Shown here one piece after another: positions 30,164-40,880 of a stretch of DNA of 64,000 bases. Made by a program: the position numbers and the translations under genes. The stretch lies in the NCBI GenBank assembly GCA_902499925.1, contig GCA_902499925.1_4130.1; one strand, 5' to 3'. Position 1 is the stretch's first letter. Each line of letters opens with the position of its first letter. The notes under the pieces were generated by a model. The model saw nothing but the letters and a program-made list of their open reading frames with translations. It did no database searches and was not told the DNA's origin. The DNA comes from Escherichia coli. Lineage in GTDB: Bacteria; Pseudomonadota; Gammaproteobacteria; Enterobacterales; Enterobacteriaceae.

Positions 30164-30791
30164 CTGGAACCACCATCTCTTGTATGTTCTTGCATTTTAT
30201 CATTGCACAATTAGTATGTAAAATGATAGAGTACTTATGTAATGATTTAATTTTATAACACTCATTAAGTACTGAAATGATGCCCCATAACTCTTCTACA
30301 TCAATAGTGATAGGTTCACTAGTACTAAGTTGCATTAGTGCTGCTTCCACATCATCTTTATTATTGATTTTGAACTGCATACCATGTTTCAGTATTTTGG
30401 TTTTTGGATTATACTCTGCCATTACATCACCTTCAGGGTAACCCTCGTGTAATAATAATGTTGTATCATAATCTCCACAATTGAAATTAATTTCATCATA
30501 GTCAGGAACACAAATCATTCCTTCACCATATTGATTATCTACTGATTCGATTGTTAAAATACGCTGATGTTCATTACTCAGGATAATAGAATCGTGCCAG
30601 TACTGCGTAGTAAATTTACTACGTTTCTTTTGACAGCACATACTTGACATAGAGCCATACTTTTTATATAGGGACTTCTTGAATGCTATCGCACCAGGAG
30701 CCACCTTAATAACTTCTCGAATTAGGTCAATAGCTTCTTGATAACTTTTTCTCATTTGTCGTACCCATATAAAATATGATCTAGTGTGCAT
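30153..30791 (-). CDS. paralog family A-like (divergent)
   Basis: ALMQLSTSEP; start may be internal Met. Confidence 0.45.
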   Translation of the reverse strand: MHTRSYFIWVRQMRKSYQEAIDLIREVIKVAPGAIAFKKSLYKKYGSMSSMCCQKKRSKFTTQYWHDSIILSNEHQRILTIESVDNQYGEGMICVPDYDEINFNCGDYDTTLLLHEGYPEGDVMAEYNPKTKILKHGMQFKINNKDDVEAALMQLSTSEPITIDVEELWGIISVLNECYKIKSLHKYSIILHTNCAMIKCKNIQEMVVPDEL

Positions 30792-31303
30792 TGTACTTCT
30801 TCATGGAAGAACAATGGGTAAATTTGTATCAATTTTTCTTTAAGTTCAAGTGAATGGCATAATTCTAATGCTTTGATACAATCTTCATATTGAACTAAGC
30901 TATGTATTGTACTTAACTGGAAATGTTGTTCTTCAGAGTAAGCTAAATCATATACCAAATTATCATCTAAAAGGTTTGATTTCTTTGAAGGATCAAGTAC
31001 TGTGTTGCTATGACCTACCCAGAAAAAAGCATTGGTGTTCATATTATTACAACCCCAACCTTCCCCCATTTTCTGGTGAATAGCAAAGACACAACTATCA
31101 TAGAGATTAATACCAAGACGTTCTTCGTTGACATAAATCGTAACACCATCGATTGTCATGGTTATTTGGAAACGCATTGAACCTTCACTTCGTGAACGTG
31201 CACAGAAGCCAAGATAACGGTTAATAATTGTATTGATTTTATCTGCCCATCCTTCCACATCTTTGGATGCACATAATTTAAAAAGATCATGACTTTGATT
31301 CAT
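30752..31303 (-). CDS. paralog family A member
   Basis: EEQHFQLSTIH. Confidence 0.6.
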   Translation of the reverse strand: MNQSHDLFKLCASKDVEGWADKINTIINRYLGFCARSRSEGSMRFQITMTIDGVTIYVNEERLGINLYDSCVFAIHQKMGEGWGCNNMNTNAFFWVGHSNTVLDPSKKSNLLDDNLVYDLAYSEEQHFQLSTIHSLVQYEDCIKALELCHSLELKEKLIQIYPLFFHEEVQCTLDHILYGYDK

Positions 31304-31314
31304 GTAGTTCTCCG

Positions 31315-31896
31315 TTAATCAAGCATAAGTGGGATCATCGCCCATATCTTTTTCATAATCATATCTTCAGTAAAAACAAACGTTTTAGGTGCAGTATATG
31401 ATATTGACAACCCAAATGGAAGTACGATTGCATCATCAATTATATTATGAATATCAAACCATGTTTTTACACAATCATATGGTGGAAGTTCATGTATTGT
31501 ACTTAACTGAAAGTATTGTTCTTCACCAAATGTACTGCAATCAATATCACAAATTTTAGTGAATTGATGATTCCATTTAGATATAATACTGTTTTTATTA
31601 TTGAACATATTAGTTCTATGCATGAAACCATTTCTGCTAATATGATTTGATATTGCGTTTTCTTCAATATCATTGCTTATTTTAAAATTCATGTCAAAGT
31701 TGTAGTACGAACTCGACGATTCTTTGAATTTTAAATGAAAATAACGATTGTTATTAATTTCCATTTCAATACAAAACACATCTGAATCAAAACGATTAAA
31801 CTTGTAATCGTTGTCTTCAGGTAGATTCTGTAATTTTTTCATAACACCAAGCATAGGGTGAACTAAACTTCTAATAAAATCATTAGTTATTTTCAT
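31315..31896 (-). CDS. paralog family A member
   Basis: EEQYFQLSTIH (near-twin core of previous gene). Confidence 0.6.
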   Translation of the reverse strand: MKITNDFIRSLVHPMLGVMKKLQNLPEDNDYKFNRFDSDVFCIEMEINNNRYFHLKFKESSSSYYNFDMNFKISNDIEENAISNHISRNGFMHRTNMFNNKNSIISKWNHQFTKICDIDCSTFGEEQYFQLSTIHELPPYDCVKTWFDIHNIIDDAIVLPFGLSISYTAPKTFVFTEDMIMKKIWAMIPLMLD

Positions 31897-32389
31897 AGTA
31901 TTCCTTTAGAACTTTAAATGATTCAACAATACTATCTTGTGTGTAATTAGAACTATATACAATTGCATTTGATTTGATTGACCACAGATATGACATAAAG
32001 GTTATAACACTACTACATGAACTTAATGTATTGTTTTGGAATTCATTTTCTTCAATGTTATCAGTACTGGTATTGATGAATTGGATAGTATCTTGTTTCT
32101 GATTAGACATTGAAACTAAAGTACAATCAGTATAAGGAGTGTACAAAAACGTCTCATTACTAATTGAACTATCATTAGTATATGATGGTTTGGTAATATA
32201 AATCAAACGCATGATATCACGCTCAATACCCGATTTACGACTTTCCACTAAAGAAATCATATCTATATTTTTCATATGATCAACATTGACATGGAACTTT
32301 TTGTTGAGAATTACATCTTTTGGAGAATTTTTATATGAAGATAAGATCTCATACATCTCAACTAATTCTCGTGCATTTAATAAACTCAT
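31883..32389 (-). CDS. paralog family A-like (divergent)
   Basis: EENEFQNNTL. Confidence 0.45.
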   Translation of the reverse strand: MSLLNARELVEMYEILSSYKNSPKDVILNKKFHVNVDHMKNIDMISLVESRKSGIERDIMRLIYITKPSYTNDSSISNETFLYTPYTDCTLVSMSNQKQDTIQFINTSTDNIEENEFQNNTLSSCSSVITFMSYLWSIKSNAIVYSSNYTQDSIVESFKVLKEYYENN

Positions 32390-32814
32390 GTTTTGTCTCT
32401 TAATGAAAGAATATCCTTAGTATAAACTGAAACTGAAATATGATTATATTTCATCATTAATTTATACACATAAGAAGCTAGTACTAAATCGTAAATTAAT
32501 TTAGTATCATACAGTACTCCGTATTGTAAAGCAAGTGAATCAATATCATCTTTACTTTCAATATCCAGAAATGTGCCGAAATATGTAGTACCGTAGAGAT
32601 GAAAAGTGGAATTAATGCAATCAATGCATTCATTGTCCAATAGAGTAGATGCTGATGCCCTCGGTGAATCCCAAATAGTCACTGCGTGTATGCCCTCAAC
32701 GAACAAATCTATCCATATTTTGTGTCGTTGTCTTTTTTGTTTTTTATATTTTTCTGGATTTGAAAGTGTAGTGTCAATTATATCCCATATGTATAAGCAT
32801 TCATCTCTTGTCAT
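32386..32814 (-). CDS. hypothetical protein (possible degenerate family A)
   Basis: 142-aa ORF within array; LALQYGVLY. Confidence 0.4.
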   Translation of the reverse strand: MTRDECLYIWDIIDTTLSNPEKYKKQKRQRHKIWIDLFVEGIHAVTIWDSPRASASTLLDNECIDCINSTFHLYGTTYFGTFLDIESKDDIDSLALQYGVLYDTKLIYDLVLASYVYKLMMKYNHISVSVYTKDILSLRDKT

Positions 32815-33392
32815 TATAGCACCTTATCCATTGCTGCATTTAATGCTTTTAAACGATCAACATTCAAAGTATTGAAGATGTACGTTCCTAAAATGTGGAA
32901 ATCGAACTGGTTCTTTTTGTATGTGTGATAAATTAAACTACAAAAAACAACAGTACTAAGAACCTCTTCCGGTATAACGGTGCTCATCTGAAACAGTTCT
33001 TCATCAACTGTACTTGATTCTGGATTGATAGCTTTTAACTTATACTCTTCATCACCGAATAGTACTTTAATATTATATAAAACACCAACAGTACTAATAT
33101 GAAATGGATGGTGTGAAAAACTTCCATCATCATTAATTTGGATATCGGATCTAATCTCGCACTCTTCATTACTTTTACTATTATTTTTTACAATACAAAT
33201 ATTCCTGGCACCAGAAATAGTAAGAATACCGTGATCGTAATATTCTTTGGACATACATTTAGATGAAAATGACACATCACGGATGAGGTAATGTTTGTTA
33301 ATTTCTTTGGTACTACCAACAATGGATAACATTTTTGTACTGATATCATATAGCTGTTGGTGTCGGGCTGTCATATAACTATAAGCGTTCAT
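32814..33392 (-). CDS. paralog family A member
   Basis: DEELFQMSTVI. Confidence 0.55.
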   Translation of the reverse strand: MNAYSYMTARHQQLYDISTKMLSIVGSTKEINKHYLIRDVSFSSKCMSKEYYDHGILTISGARNICIVKNNSKSNEECEIRSDIQINDDGSFSHHPFHISTVGVLYNIKVLFGDEEYKLKAINPESSTVDEELFQMSTVIPEEVLSTVVFCSLIYHTYKKNQFDFHILGTYIFNTLNVDRLKALNAAMDKVL

Positions 33393-33963
33393 ATGTATCC
33401 TTGATGTTTTTGATTGCCGTGTGTAGCTCTTTTAATGTATCGGATTCACAGTTAATGAACTTACTATACATTACCAATTCACCAGTGTCAATAGCTTTTG
33501 CAGTTTCATAGCAAAGCATCATGTACTCAAACTCCTTGAAGTTGTCAAGTACTGATCTCTGGAAAATGTATGCTTCACGAATGTCTTCACTTTGATCTAG
33601 TTCTGGTGGAATTTCCAAATATGTATCATTCTCTACGTCATCAAAATTGGATTCGACAATTCGATTAATATCTTCGTGTAAAGCATTGACAAATATCATG
33701 TTTGGAGTAATGGAACCGATTTGCTCACTATGCCTTGATGTGCGGATATACATTGCCATAGTATCCCATGAACCTTTTTTCGTCGTTCCATAATCGTAAA
33801 CTTTATAAGACTCCAGTACTACTGAACCAAAACGATATGGTGATTTGCATTCAACTTTAAGACGATAATTTCCAATAGGCTCATGTTCAGTAATGTTGTG
33901 CTTTTCAGATAGTTCTGCAATGTCATGCATCAATTTCATAATTTGAATGTGTTCAGCTTGCAT
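33379..33963 (-). CDS. paralog family A member
   Basis: EAYIFQRSVL. Confidence 0.55.
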   Translation of the reverse strand: MQAEHIQIMKLMHDIAELSEKHNITEHEPIGNYRLKVECKSPYRFGSVVLESYKVYDYGTTKKGSWDTMAMYIRTSRHSEQIGSITPNMIFVNALHEDINRIVESNFDDVENDTYLEIPPELDQSEDIREAYIFQRSVLDNFKEFEYMMLCYETAKAIDTGELVMYSKFINCESDTLKELHTAIKNIKDTYERL

Positions 33964-34526
33964 TATAAGTCCTCTAATTTAACAGGTACATGTTCATTGA
34001 TGAACGTCTTAAGAGCCAGTACTAGATCTTCTAATTCTTCTGTACTGAATTTTAATATAGTTTTAAAGATTATCAATTCATTTCTTTCTATAATCTTTGG
34101 AATTTCATATGCTAACATAAGATTGCGAACAGTACCAGCGTTGTGTATGAGGTTCGCATTGAATAAAAGTACATCGTACTCGTCTTTTTTAATTTTATAA
34201 TTGTACTCTTCAATTACTTCATGTGTGTATGTATTCTTATAAGCAATTTTATTTTTATGAAATTTATAACCAACAGTAACACTATCATCATAAAATGTAG
34301 AACGATAATCTTGTTTTCTATCGCCGGACGAAATGATGTGTAATGCTGTGTATTTGTCCTCAACATCTAACTCAATGTTTGCATAACTGTTAACAGTTTC
34401 ATTCTTTAGGACGTTAATGTTATATTTCTCATTAACTTTAATGTACTGGCGTGAACCATTATCATCAATGAACTTAAAACAATGCTTTACCAACAATGTG
34501 ATTTCTTTAATTAATTCAGTACTCAT
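33963..34526 (-). CDS. hypothetical protein (possible degenerate family A)
   Basis: 187-aa ORF within array. Confidence 0.45.
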   Translation of the reverse strand: MSTELIKEITLLVKHCFKFIDDNGSRQYIKVNEKYNINVLKNETVNSYANIELDVEDKYTALHIISSGDRKQDYRSTFYDDSVTVGYKFHKNKIAYKNTYTHEVIEEYNYKIKKDEYDVLLFNANLIHNAGTVRNLMLAYEIPKIIERNELIIFKTILKFSTEELEDLVLALKTFINEHVPVKLEDL

Positions 34527-34553
34527 ATCTTCTCCTGTACTCTGTTAAAAGCG

Positions 34554-34582
34554 ATTATAACACACCTGAATGCTCATGTAAA
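34554..34582 (-). promoter_or_regulatory. sigma70-like promoter candidate
   Basis: Minus-sense TTTACA-17nt-TATAAT with TGn extension, ~25 nt upstream of ATG of 33963..34526. Confidence 0.5.
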
Positions 34583-34584
34583 GC

Positions 34585-34613
34585 ACTAAACACAAAAAGA
34601 CCCATAAGGGTCT
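34585..34613 (-). terminator. rho-independent terminator candidate
   Basis: Minus-sense AGACCC-uuau-GGGUCU followed by UUUUUGUGUUU immediately after stop of 34614..35198. Confidence 0.55.
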
Positions 34614-35132
34614 TTATTTTGGTAAAACGCTGTCAATGTACGCTAGAGCCTCATCTCGGAGGTACGTTCCATCTATCGTTATGTAATAGTTCTTAGGGAT
34701 ATCACTACCAATCTTCTCGTAAATTTTCATACATGATATCACATCTTCATCACAAATGGTACTCAATTGAAACTGTACTTCATCAGTTAAAGGTACGATA
34801 TCATGTTTAGATGGGGGGTTGGTATTTTCATTCAAAACAATATCAAACAAATTAGGAGTATTCTTTGACGAAATGTAACGATGTTTACTACGAATTACCA
34901 TTCTCGACAGAGAAATACTGGAACTCCATCTTGGGTCCACATCTTCGTATGTTAACGCAATTAACATTTCATAATAATCTTGGAATTTCATTGATGCATA
35001 ATATGTTTTGTCCTCACCGTACATTCCAAATGATTTGAATTCAATGTCACCTACATTGTGTGTATCACTATCACTATTCACGAATTTTAACAGACTGTTG
35101 ATTAGTCTGATTAGAATATCATCTTTATTCAT
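34614..35132 (-). CDS. paralog family A member
   Basis: DEVQFQLSTI; track ORF 34614..35198 trimmed to internal Met (MNKDDIL). Confidence 0.5.
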   Translation of the reverse strand: MNKDDILIRLINSLLKFVNSDSDTHNVGDIEFKSFGMYGEDKTYYASMKFQDYYEMLIALTYEDVDPRWSSSISLSRMVIRSKHRYISSKNTPNLFDIVLNENTNPPSKHDIVPLTDEVQFQLSTICDEDVISCMKIYEKIGSDIPKNYYITIDGTYLRDEALAYIDSVLPK

Positions 35133-35682
35133 TATCAGATAGCTCCCTGTGCATGTTGTATAAATCTCTAAAGTCCTGATAGAAATCTTTTTCTTCAAGA
35201 ATATCTTTTAAACTAGGAATCTCATCCATAATCTCATCGATATCAGTTTCAATAGTAAAACCTGATTTATAATTTTGTAAGAGATAACTAAAAGCAACAA
35301 TGTAAAGAATTTCATTTGGTTTATGGATTAACATGTGTTGGAACATAACTGATTCTAAATCAGATTCAGTACAAAGGTCAGCATAACATGTATCGTTTGT
35401 GTCAATTCGTACTTTACTTGAATTTGGATTCCATGTAAAGCAATGTGTTCCAACTGTTCCCAAACATCCTACTCTTGTACTATCATTTGTTCCCAAAAAG
35501 ATATCAAAATACGTTTCATCTGTATAATCGTATTTTTGTACTTTACCTTTTTTAAGGCACAAATCATTATCCTTTCGAAAAGTTTTAGATGATAATGTAT
35601 CAATGATGCACATTAATGTTTTTGCAAATGCAATACAATGACGTAATTCAAGTCTATGGAAATTATAATTAGTAAAATTCAT
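35125..35682 (-). CDS. paralog family A member
   Basis: ESVMFQHMLI. Confidence 0.5.
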   Translation of the reverse strand: MNFTNYNFHRLELRHCIAFAKTLMCIIDTLSSKTFRKDNDLCLKKGKVQKYDYTDETYFDIFLGTNDSTRVGCLGTVGTHCFTWNPNSSKVRIDTNDTCYADLCTESDLESVMFQHMLIHKPNEILYIVAFSYLLQNYKSGFTIETDIDEIMDEIPSLKDILEEKDFYQDFRDLYNMHRELSDNE

Positions 35683-36224
35683 AATTGTACCTTCAATATT
35701 TTATCAGCAATTGATATAACCTTCTCACTGAATACATTACCAATCTCAATCCTTATATACATAGCAGGTGGAATCTTTCCTTGAAGTGCATAATATGTTT
35801 GTATACCTAAGTACTCATTATTTGATAATGAAAATTTGATTCTCTCCATATCTATGTCTGATTTTGGTAAATCTAGTAGTTCATGGTGGTAGTCAACATT
35901 TTCAGTGTATATTTGATTTAAGTAATTTGAATGATCACTACTAATGTAGATGCTATCATCACGAATAATTACTTTATAATCAGAAGGTTCAAACTTATCT
36001 TTAGGCGAAAAGAAGACATCATCTATCTTCTCTTCTCGTATACCGAATAACAATTTGCCATCGTACTTTACATCAAGCATACCACCTAGAATAGTAATTA
36101 CACAATGTTCATCAATGTCATGACGTAAAGAACGAGTCTTGTATTTTGGGTTAATGAAAATTTTCATTAATTTTATACAAATGTCGGCAATGCATTTTAC
36201 ATTATCATTTTCTATGTACATCAA
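35679..36224 (-). CDS. hypothetical protein (possible degenerate family A)
   Basis: 181-aa ORF in array. Confidence 0.45.
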   Translation of the reverse strand: MMYIENDNVKCIADICIKLMKIFINPKYKTRSLRHDIDEHCVITILGGMLDVKYDGKLLFGIREEKIDDVFFSPKDKFEPSDYKVIIRDDSIYISSDHSNYLNQIYTENVDYHHELLDLPKSDIDMERIKFSLSNNEYLGIQTYYALQGKIPPAMYIRIEIGNVFSEKVISIADKILKVQL

Positions 36225-36699
36225 AAACCCTCTTTAATTCTTTTACATTTTTAATGAATACTTTCATTGCAGAGATCTCAAAAGATAATGATTTAAAATT
36301 GCAGTACTTTTTAAAGTACGACATAATGAATAGCATCTTGAGTTCTTTTTCTGTGTAAATTAAACTATTTTGAAAGTAACTTTCTTCTGATAAATCATCA
36401 AGAAACGGATATAAAACTCCATTTGTTCTCAAGAACATGATACCTTCACTCCATGATCTAAATGAAAGGTAATCAGTCTTACCACATTCATATAAGGAGT
36501 TTATCATTCCATCAATCATTAAGGAGAACTCAATACTGTATCCTAATCTTTGACACTTGTATCTCTTATCTTCTTTCTTTGTAATTACGAAGTGATGACC
36601 CAGTGAGTCTTTGTTATCGAAAATGAAATCAACTGTCTCTAAACACTCCTTAGCGAACTTCATAGTTTCTCTGTACTTTCGGTTCATTAGTCTCTCCAA
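36205..36699 (-). CDS. paralog family A member
   Basis: EESYFQNSLIY. Confidence 0.55.
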   Translation of the reverse strand: MERLMNRKYRETMKFAKECLETVDFIFDNKDSLGHHFVITKKEDKRYKCQRLGYSIEFSLMIDGMINSLYECGKTDYLSFRSWSEGIMFLRTNGVLYPFLDDLSEESYFQNSLIYTEKELKMLFIMSYFKKYCNFKSLSFEISAMKVFIKNVKELKRVFDVHRK

Positions 36700-37100
36700 A
36701 CTTTACCAGGGAAGTGTTTCTCGTAGAACTCATCATCACTTAACATATAATCAGGTGTTTCTACTTCTATGGGTTTGTAGAATGTTTCTGGAATGTGTGT
36801 GATTTTATTTGGTTGTACTTTATGTTCGCGTAAAACCTTCTGTATAGCTCCTAGACGTTGTAAATCAATACAGGTGGGCAGAACTAAGCTGTACTGAAAT
36901 AGCTCATCAGGGGTCATTATAGATACATCCTTGGCTTGTTTGATTTTATTGTTGGCATCAATGAATATATCAAATCCAAGTACTGCATTATAGCTTACAT
37001 ATGTTGTTTTGTTTTTGTCAATAGCTGCACTTAAACTATATCCATATATTCCATGTTGGTCAACAATGCATCGTTGCATAATTTTAATCATTTCGAACAT
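36687..37100 (-). CDS. paralog family A member
   Basis: PDELFQYSLVL. Confidence 0.55.
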   Translation of the reverse strand: MFEMIKIMQRCIVDQHGIYGYSLSAAIDKNKTTYVSYNAVLGFDIFIDANNKIKQAKDVSIMTPDELFQYSLVLPTCIDLQRLGAIQKVLREHKVQPNKITHIPETFYKPIEVETPDYMLSDDEFYEKHFPGKVWRD

Positions 37101-37446
37101 AATTTACCTCGTATGTGTTATAATTCCACGTTTTAACACTATCCATTTGTATATCCTGAACTTCATGGAAATATTTAAGTACCTTCTGGTATTCCATTAG
37201 TTCGTATACATCTTCAGTATTGACAGTGCTCTCCTGAAACAATTCCTCTTCTGATAAAGTACTATAATCAGGGATTTTTATTTCAGAATATATCTCATTC
37301 ATATATGAATCATTTTGGTAAATCTGTAGATAAAACTGATTATATTCAGGGATATAGGTTACGAAATGGTTCTTGATGAATTCATATCTTGAAGCAAAGC
37401 AATCATTGCCATCCGTCATGTACTGAATTGTTGTTGTATTATGCAT
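37084..37446 (-). CDS. paralog family A member
   Basis: STLSEEELFQESTV. Confidence 0.55.
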   Translation of the reverse strand: MHNTTTIQYMTDGNDCFASRYEFIKNHFVTYIPEYNQFYLQIYQNDSYMNEIYSEIKIPDYSTLSEEELFQESTVNTEDVYELMEYQKVLKYFHEVQDIQMDSVKTWNYNTYEVNYVRND

Positions 37447-37921
37447 TCAAATAATCCACGCATTTATGGTATACATCTAAATCTAAAAAGAATCGTTGTT
37501 TGTATTTGTAATGATGAAGTAGTGCACCATAAAGTAATATAGCATTAAGTACTTTTGCATCATGAATACAAGACCCTTGGAAGTACATTTCTTCAGTCAT
37601 GAAAACTAACTCATTGTAAGGGATAAGCACTGAATCTCTAAATGTATCAATGTTAATCTTCAAATCGGACCCTTGGCAATATGAAATATATTCACCTCTG
37701 TAATGAAAGTCATTATCGTCAAAGTACTCAGCATATACTTGATTGTCCCTATTATTTTTAAAGGCAAGTCTTCCTTTGGTTGAACTGAATTGGTCATATT
37801 GGAACATTCCACCAAAAGGAATTCCACCGAAAGGTTGGGGACTTCTGAACTCCTTTGCAATGCGATGAATGTTAGATGCAAATTCTAAAACACCATCGTA
37901 ATCATATTCTGTTGTAATCAT
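37439..37921 (-). CDS. paralog family A member
   Basis: EEMYFQGSCI. Confidence 0.55.
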   Translation of the reverse strand: MITTEYDYDGVLEFASNIHRIAKEFRSPQPFGGIPFGGMFQYDQFSSTKGRLAFKNNRDNQVYAEYFDDNDFHYRGEYISYCQGSDLKINIDTFRDSVLIPYNELVFMTEEMYFQGSCIHDAKVLNAILLYGALLHHYKYKQRFFLDLDVYHKCVDYLNA

Positions 37922-38397
37922 AGACCATTTTTCTCCATGTACTCAATGATTTCATCTACGAAGTTTAAATCCATATAGAATCTATCATTTGCGTCATTGA
38001 GTTCATCTTTAAGTACTGTAAAAATTGTAGAACTAAACACGATTCTCTCATTGTACAAAGTACTGTACTGGAAGAATTCTTCTTCTGATCTAACATTAAA
38101 TGTGTCATATTCATCATCAACATCAGATCTAGGATGATAGTACTTAAAACTATCAGATGTATGGAAACAATATGAGATAAAATCCCCTGATGGTGCATCG
38201 TCAAGTACACGAATACCACAGAAATTCTCATCTGTAGTATGCAACAAATTGCTATTCATTGACAAATAATTTTTGTACGCATAAAGTGTGCATCGTGGGA
38301 GAATTATATTCTCTTTAACTGTTACAAGGAACTTATGAAGTTTAATGATATTTTGTGCGATTTTTTGTGCATTGCTAAATGATAGGTCTTTGGACAT
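37918..38397 (-). CDS. paralog family A member
   Basis: EEEFFQYSTLY. Confidence 0.55.
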   Translation of the reverse strand: MSKDLSFSNAQKIAQNIIKLHKFLVTVKENIILPRCTLYAYKNYLSMNSNLLHTTDENFCGIRVLDDAPSGDFISYCFHTSDSFKYYHPRSDVDDEYDTFNVRSEEEFFQYSTLYNERIVFSSTIFTVLKDELNDANDRFYMDLNFVDEIIEYMEKNGL

Positions 38398-38456
38398 TGT
38401 GATATAACCCTTTACAATTAATATAAAGAGATTATATCACAAAGATTTGGAGGGTG

Positions 38457-38990
38457 TCAAGAGTTCTCACGAAGTTCTACCATTTCTTTCCATACTAAAT
38501 GGTAATCTTCTAAGTCCAGATAGAAGTCTTCATTTAAGTGCTCATATAAGTACTTGTACATGAATAGTACACCTAAATTGTATTCAGTAGTAAGCAATGA
38601 TTGTTGGAAGTAGTTTTCTTCATTTAGTTCTATATCCATGAACTCAAATCTACCTAGACCTTTTAATGTACGTATCTCAACATGTGAAGTATCTGTTTTA
38701 CTGAAGCACATGAATCCACCTCTAAATTCGGGATCATATTCACATTCATACTGTCCACTGTTATTATAGAAATCTCTATTACCATCCTTATCTTTTGGCT
38801 TAACAACTGATACGTGAAGGTCGTCATCTTTGTACATTGTACGTTCTGGCGTTTTCACACATTTTAACTTATTTTCTTTAATGTACTTGATAATATCAAT
38901 TATATCTTGTGCAGTACTGATTGCTGCCTCGAACGTATCCAACTTAAGATGATTGTATAGAGTTCCCTCGTTCTTTATTTTATCTAACAT
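38457..38990 (-). CDS. paralog family A member
   Basis: EENYFQQSLL; track ORF 38457..39047 trimmed to internal Met. Confidence 0.5.
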   Translation of the reverse strand: MLDKIKNEGTLYNHLKLDTFEAAISTAQDIIDIIKYIKENKLKCVKTPERTMYKDDDLHVSVVKPKDKDGNRDFYNNSGQYECEYDPEFRGGFMCFSKTDTSHVEIRTLKGLGRFEFMDIELNEENYFQQSLLTTEYNLGVLFMYKYLYEHLNEDFYLDLEDYHLVWKEMVELRENS

Positions 38991-38997
38991 ACTAACC

Positions 38998-39336
38998 TCA
39001 TAGTTCATACATCTTTGATTTGAATTGCATTGGTCCACCAACTTCACATGGATAATTTTCCATAATACGATTCAAAAGTATCTGGTACTGTTGTAGTACT
39101 TCAATTTCCAAATGTATACTACTATCCAGTACTAATGACTCCTGAAACAATTCACCTCTATCTAAACCTGAAAAATCATTTATAGTTAGCATTGGCTTAT
39201 CATTTGTACGCAATGTAAATGATTCCTCATTTCGGATTAATGTACAGAATTCATTATGTTTTCTGTTGTAATCCATTTTAACCAATAATAACTTGGTGTG
39301 AGTTGCGTACATTATTTTTACTAATTCAGTCTTCAT
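38998..39336 (-). CDS. paralog family A member
   Basis: RGELFQESLVL. Confidence 0.55.
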   Translation of the reverse strand: MKTELVKIMYATHTKLLLVKMDYNRKHNEFCTLIRNEESFTLRTNDKPMLTINDFSGLDRGELFQESLVLDSSIHLEIEVLQQYQILLNRIMENYPCEVGGPMQFKSKMYEL

Positions 39337-39685
39337 AACGGAATAAAATTCTCCTGTACTGCTCCGGCTTAGTACTCAATCTCTTCACTGGATAATTGTC
39401 GAAGATCCTTTTCATTTCTTTCTGGATTAAACAAAGAAAATCAAAATCACAATAGTATTTTTTATCCCATACTAAACTTTCTTGAAACAACTCATCTTCT
39501 TGCATTAGCGTAGTATCAATTGTATCTTCACGTGTATTTGAGTACGCTTCATGACATTGAAAACCATCCTCGGATAATCCTAATGTATATGCCGCCATTT
39601 CAAACATATCATCATTTGTCTTTAACGAAAGTAAACAACAAACGTATTTTTTCGTTGTGTAGTAAGTAATGCTAATGGTATTCAT
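39326..39685 (-). CDS. paralog family A member
   Basis: EDELFQESLVWDKKY. Confidence 0.55.
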   Translation of the reverse strand: MNTISITYYTTKKYVCCLLSLKTNDDMFEMAAYTLGLSEDGFQCHEAYSNTREDTIDTTLMQEDELFQESLVWDKKYYCDFDFLCLIQKEMKRIFDNYPVKRLSTKPEQYRRILFRYED

Positions 39686-39690
39686 TGGAT

Positions 39691-40293
39691 TTAAACCTCA
39701 GTATAAAGCTTACAATAGCTTTCATCGAAATCAAAAATACTTCTCAAGAACTGACAAAGGTCAGTAAAAATATTTACATTTGCTATATACACATTATCAA
39801 ATTCTGTTCTTTCGAAGAATGTATGCATAGAATTTGTAATATATCTCATTGCAGATTCACGCTGCATTGTTATATCATTTGTGAACATCGCATCTTCATC
39901 AGTACTGACTAATTCAATATCAAATGATTGCATATATGGGATACTCTTCCCTAGTGCAAAGCTATCACCGTATGATGCTTCAACTGCATCTTTAGAATAC
40001 ACCAATTGATATAAGTCCGAAATAGGGTTATAAAAAGTACGACATATTGATGAACATAATTTATTATCTATCCAAAAGAAAACCCTATTTGTATTACCGT
40101 CAAATGCTATACGCAATCCATCACCATCTAACGATATATCACCATCGAGATTAAAAGAGAACTGAACTAATGCTTTTTCTAAGTCCATTCTTTTGTGATA
40201 AATGATTTCTTGCATATAGATAATATCATTTACTAATTTCTTAAAATACAAATGAACCTCAGTACTACAACATTTATTTGCATTTAATAACAT
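39691..40293 (-). CDS. hypothetical protein (possible degenerate family A)
   Basis: 200-aa ORF in array. Confidence 0.45.
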   Translation of the reverse strand: MLLNANKCCSTEVHLYFKKLVNDIIYMQEIIYHKRMDLEKALVQFSFNLDGDISLDGDGLRIAFDGNTNRVFFWIDNKLCSSICRTFYNPISDLYQLVYSKDAVEASYGDSFALGKSIPYMQSFDIELVSTDEDAMFTNDITMQRESAMRYITNSMHTFFERTEFDNVYIANVNIFTDLCQFLRSIFDFDESYCKLYTEV

Positions 40294-40880
40294 AGTAGAT
40301 CCTTATACATTGCATGTATTCTTACAATGTCTCTGTAATAACTCATATCTTCACGATTATCATTAAAAACAGTAACACTGAATACAGCAGTACTAATTGA
40401 ACTATCAACAATGTACTCTTTTAATTTATTATAAAGATATATGCACTTAGTAGATGTATCATCCCACATAAGACTATTTTGAAAGATGTTTTCTTCTGTG
40501 TTAGGATATAAGTACTGATCAATCTTGTACCCCAATGAACTATCACAGTTTTTATATACAGAAATAGATGGGACATTCATATTGCACATAATACTAATAA
40601 CATTATCATTGTATGTAGAAATTAAACTGGTACTGGATGCTACACTTTCATCATAATTCAGTACTGAAATTCTTGCATTATCTGTGCAGTACAGATGTTT
40701 CATTCCACCTCTCATAGCCATAGTAAGAAATTTATCAGTGAACCATATTCCTTTTGTTTTCAGTATAGTTTCATGCATAAGATAAGTTTCAATGAAGATT
40801 TTTACACGCTCAAATGCCAAGTCAAGTTCATTGTACATAACGGATATCCTTCTGTAAAGAATCAATATATTCTTTAACAA
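40284..40880 (-). CDS. paralog family A member
   Basis: EENIFQNSLMW. Confidence 0.55.
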   Translation of the reverse strand: MLKNILILYRRISVMYNELDLAFERVKIFIETYLMHETILKTKGIWFTDKFLTMAMRGGMKHLYCTDNARISVLNYDESVASSTSLISTYNDNVISIMCNMNVPSISVYKNCDSSLGYKIDQYLYPNTEENIFQNSLMWDDTSTKCIYLYNKLKEYIVDSSISTAVFSVTVFNDNREDMSYYRDIVRIHAMYKDLLCY

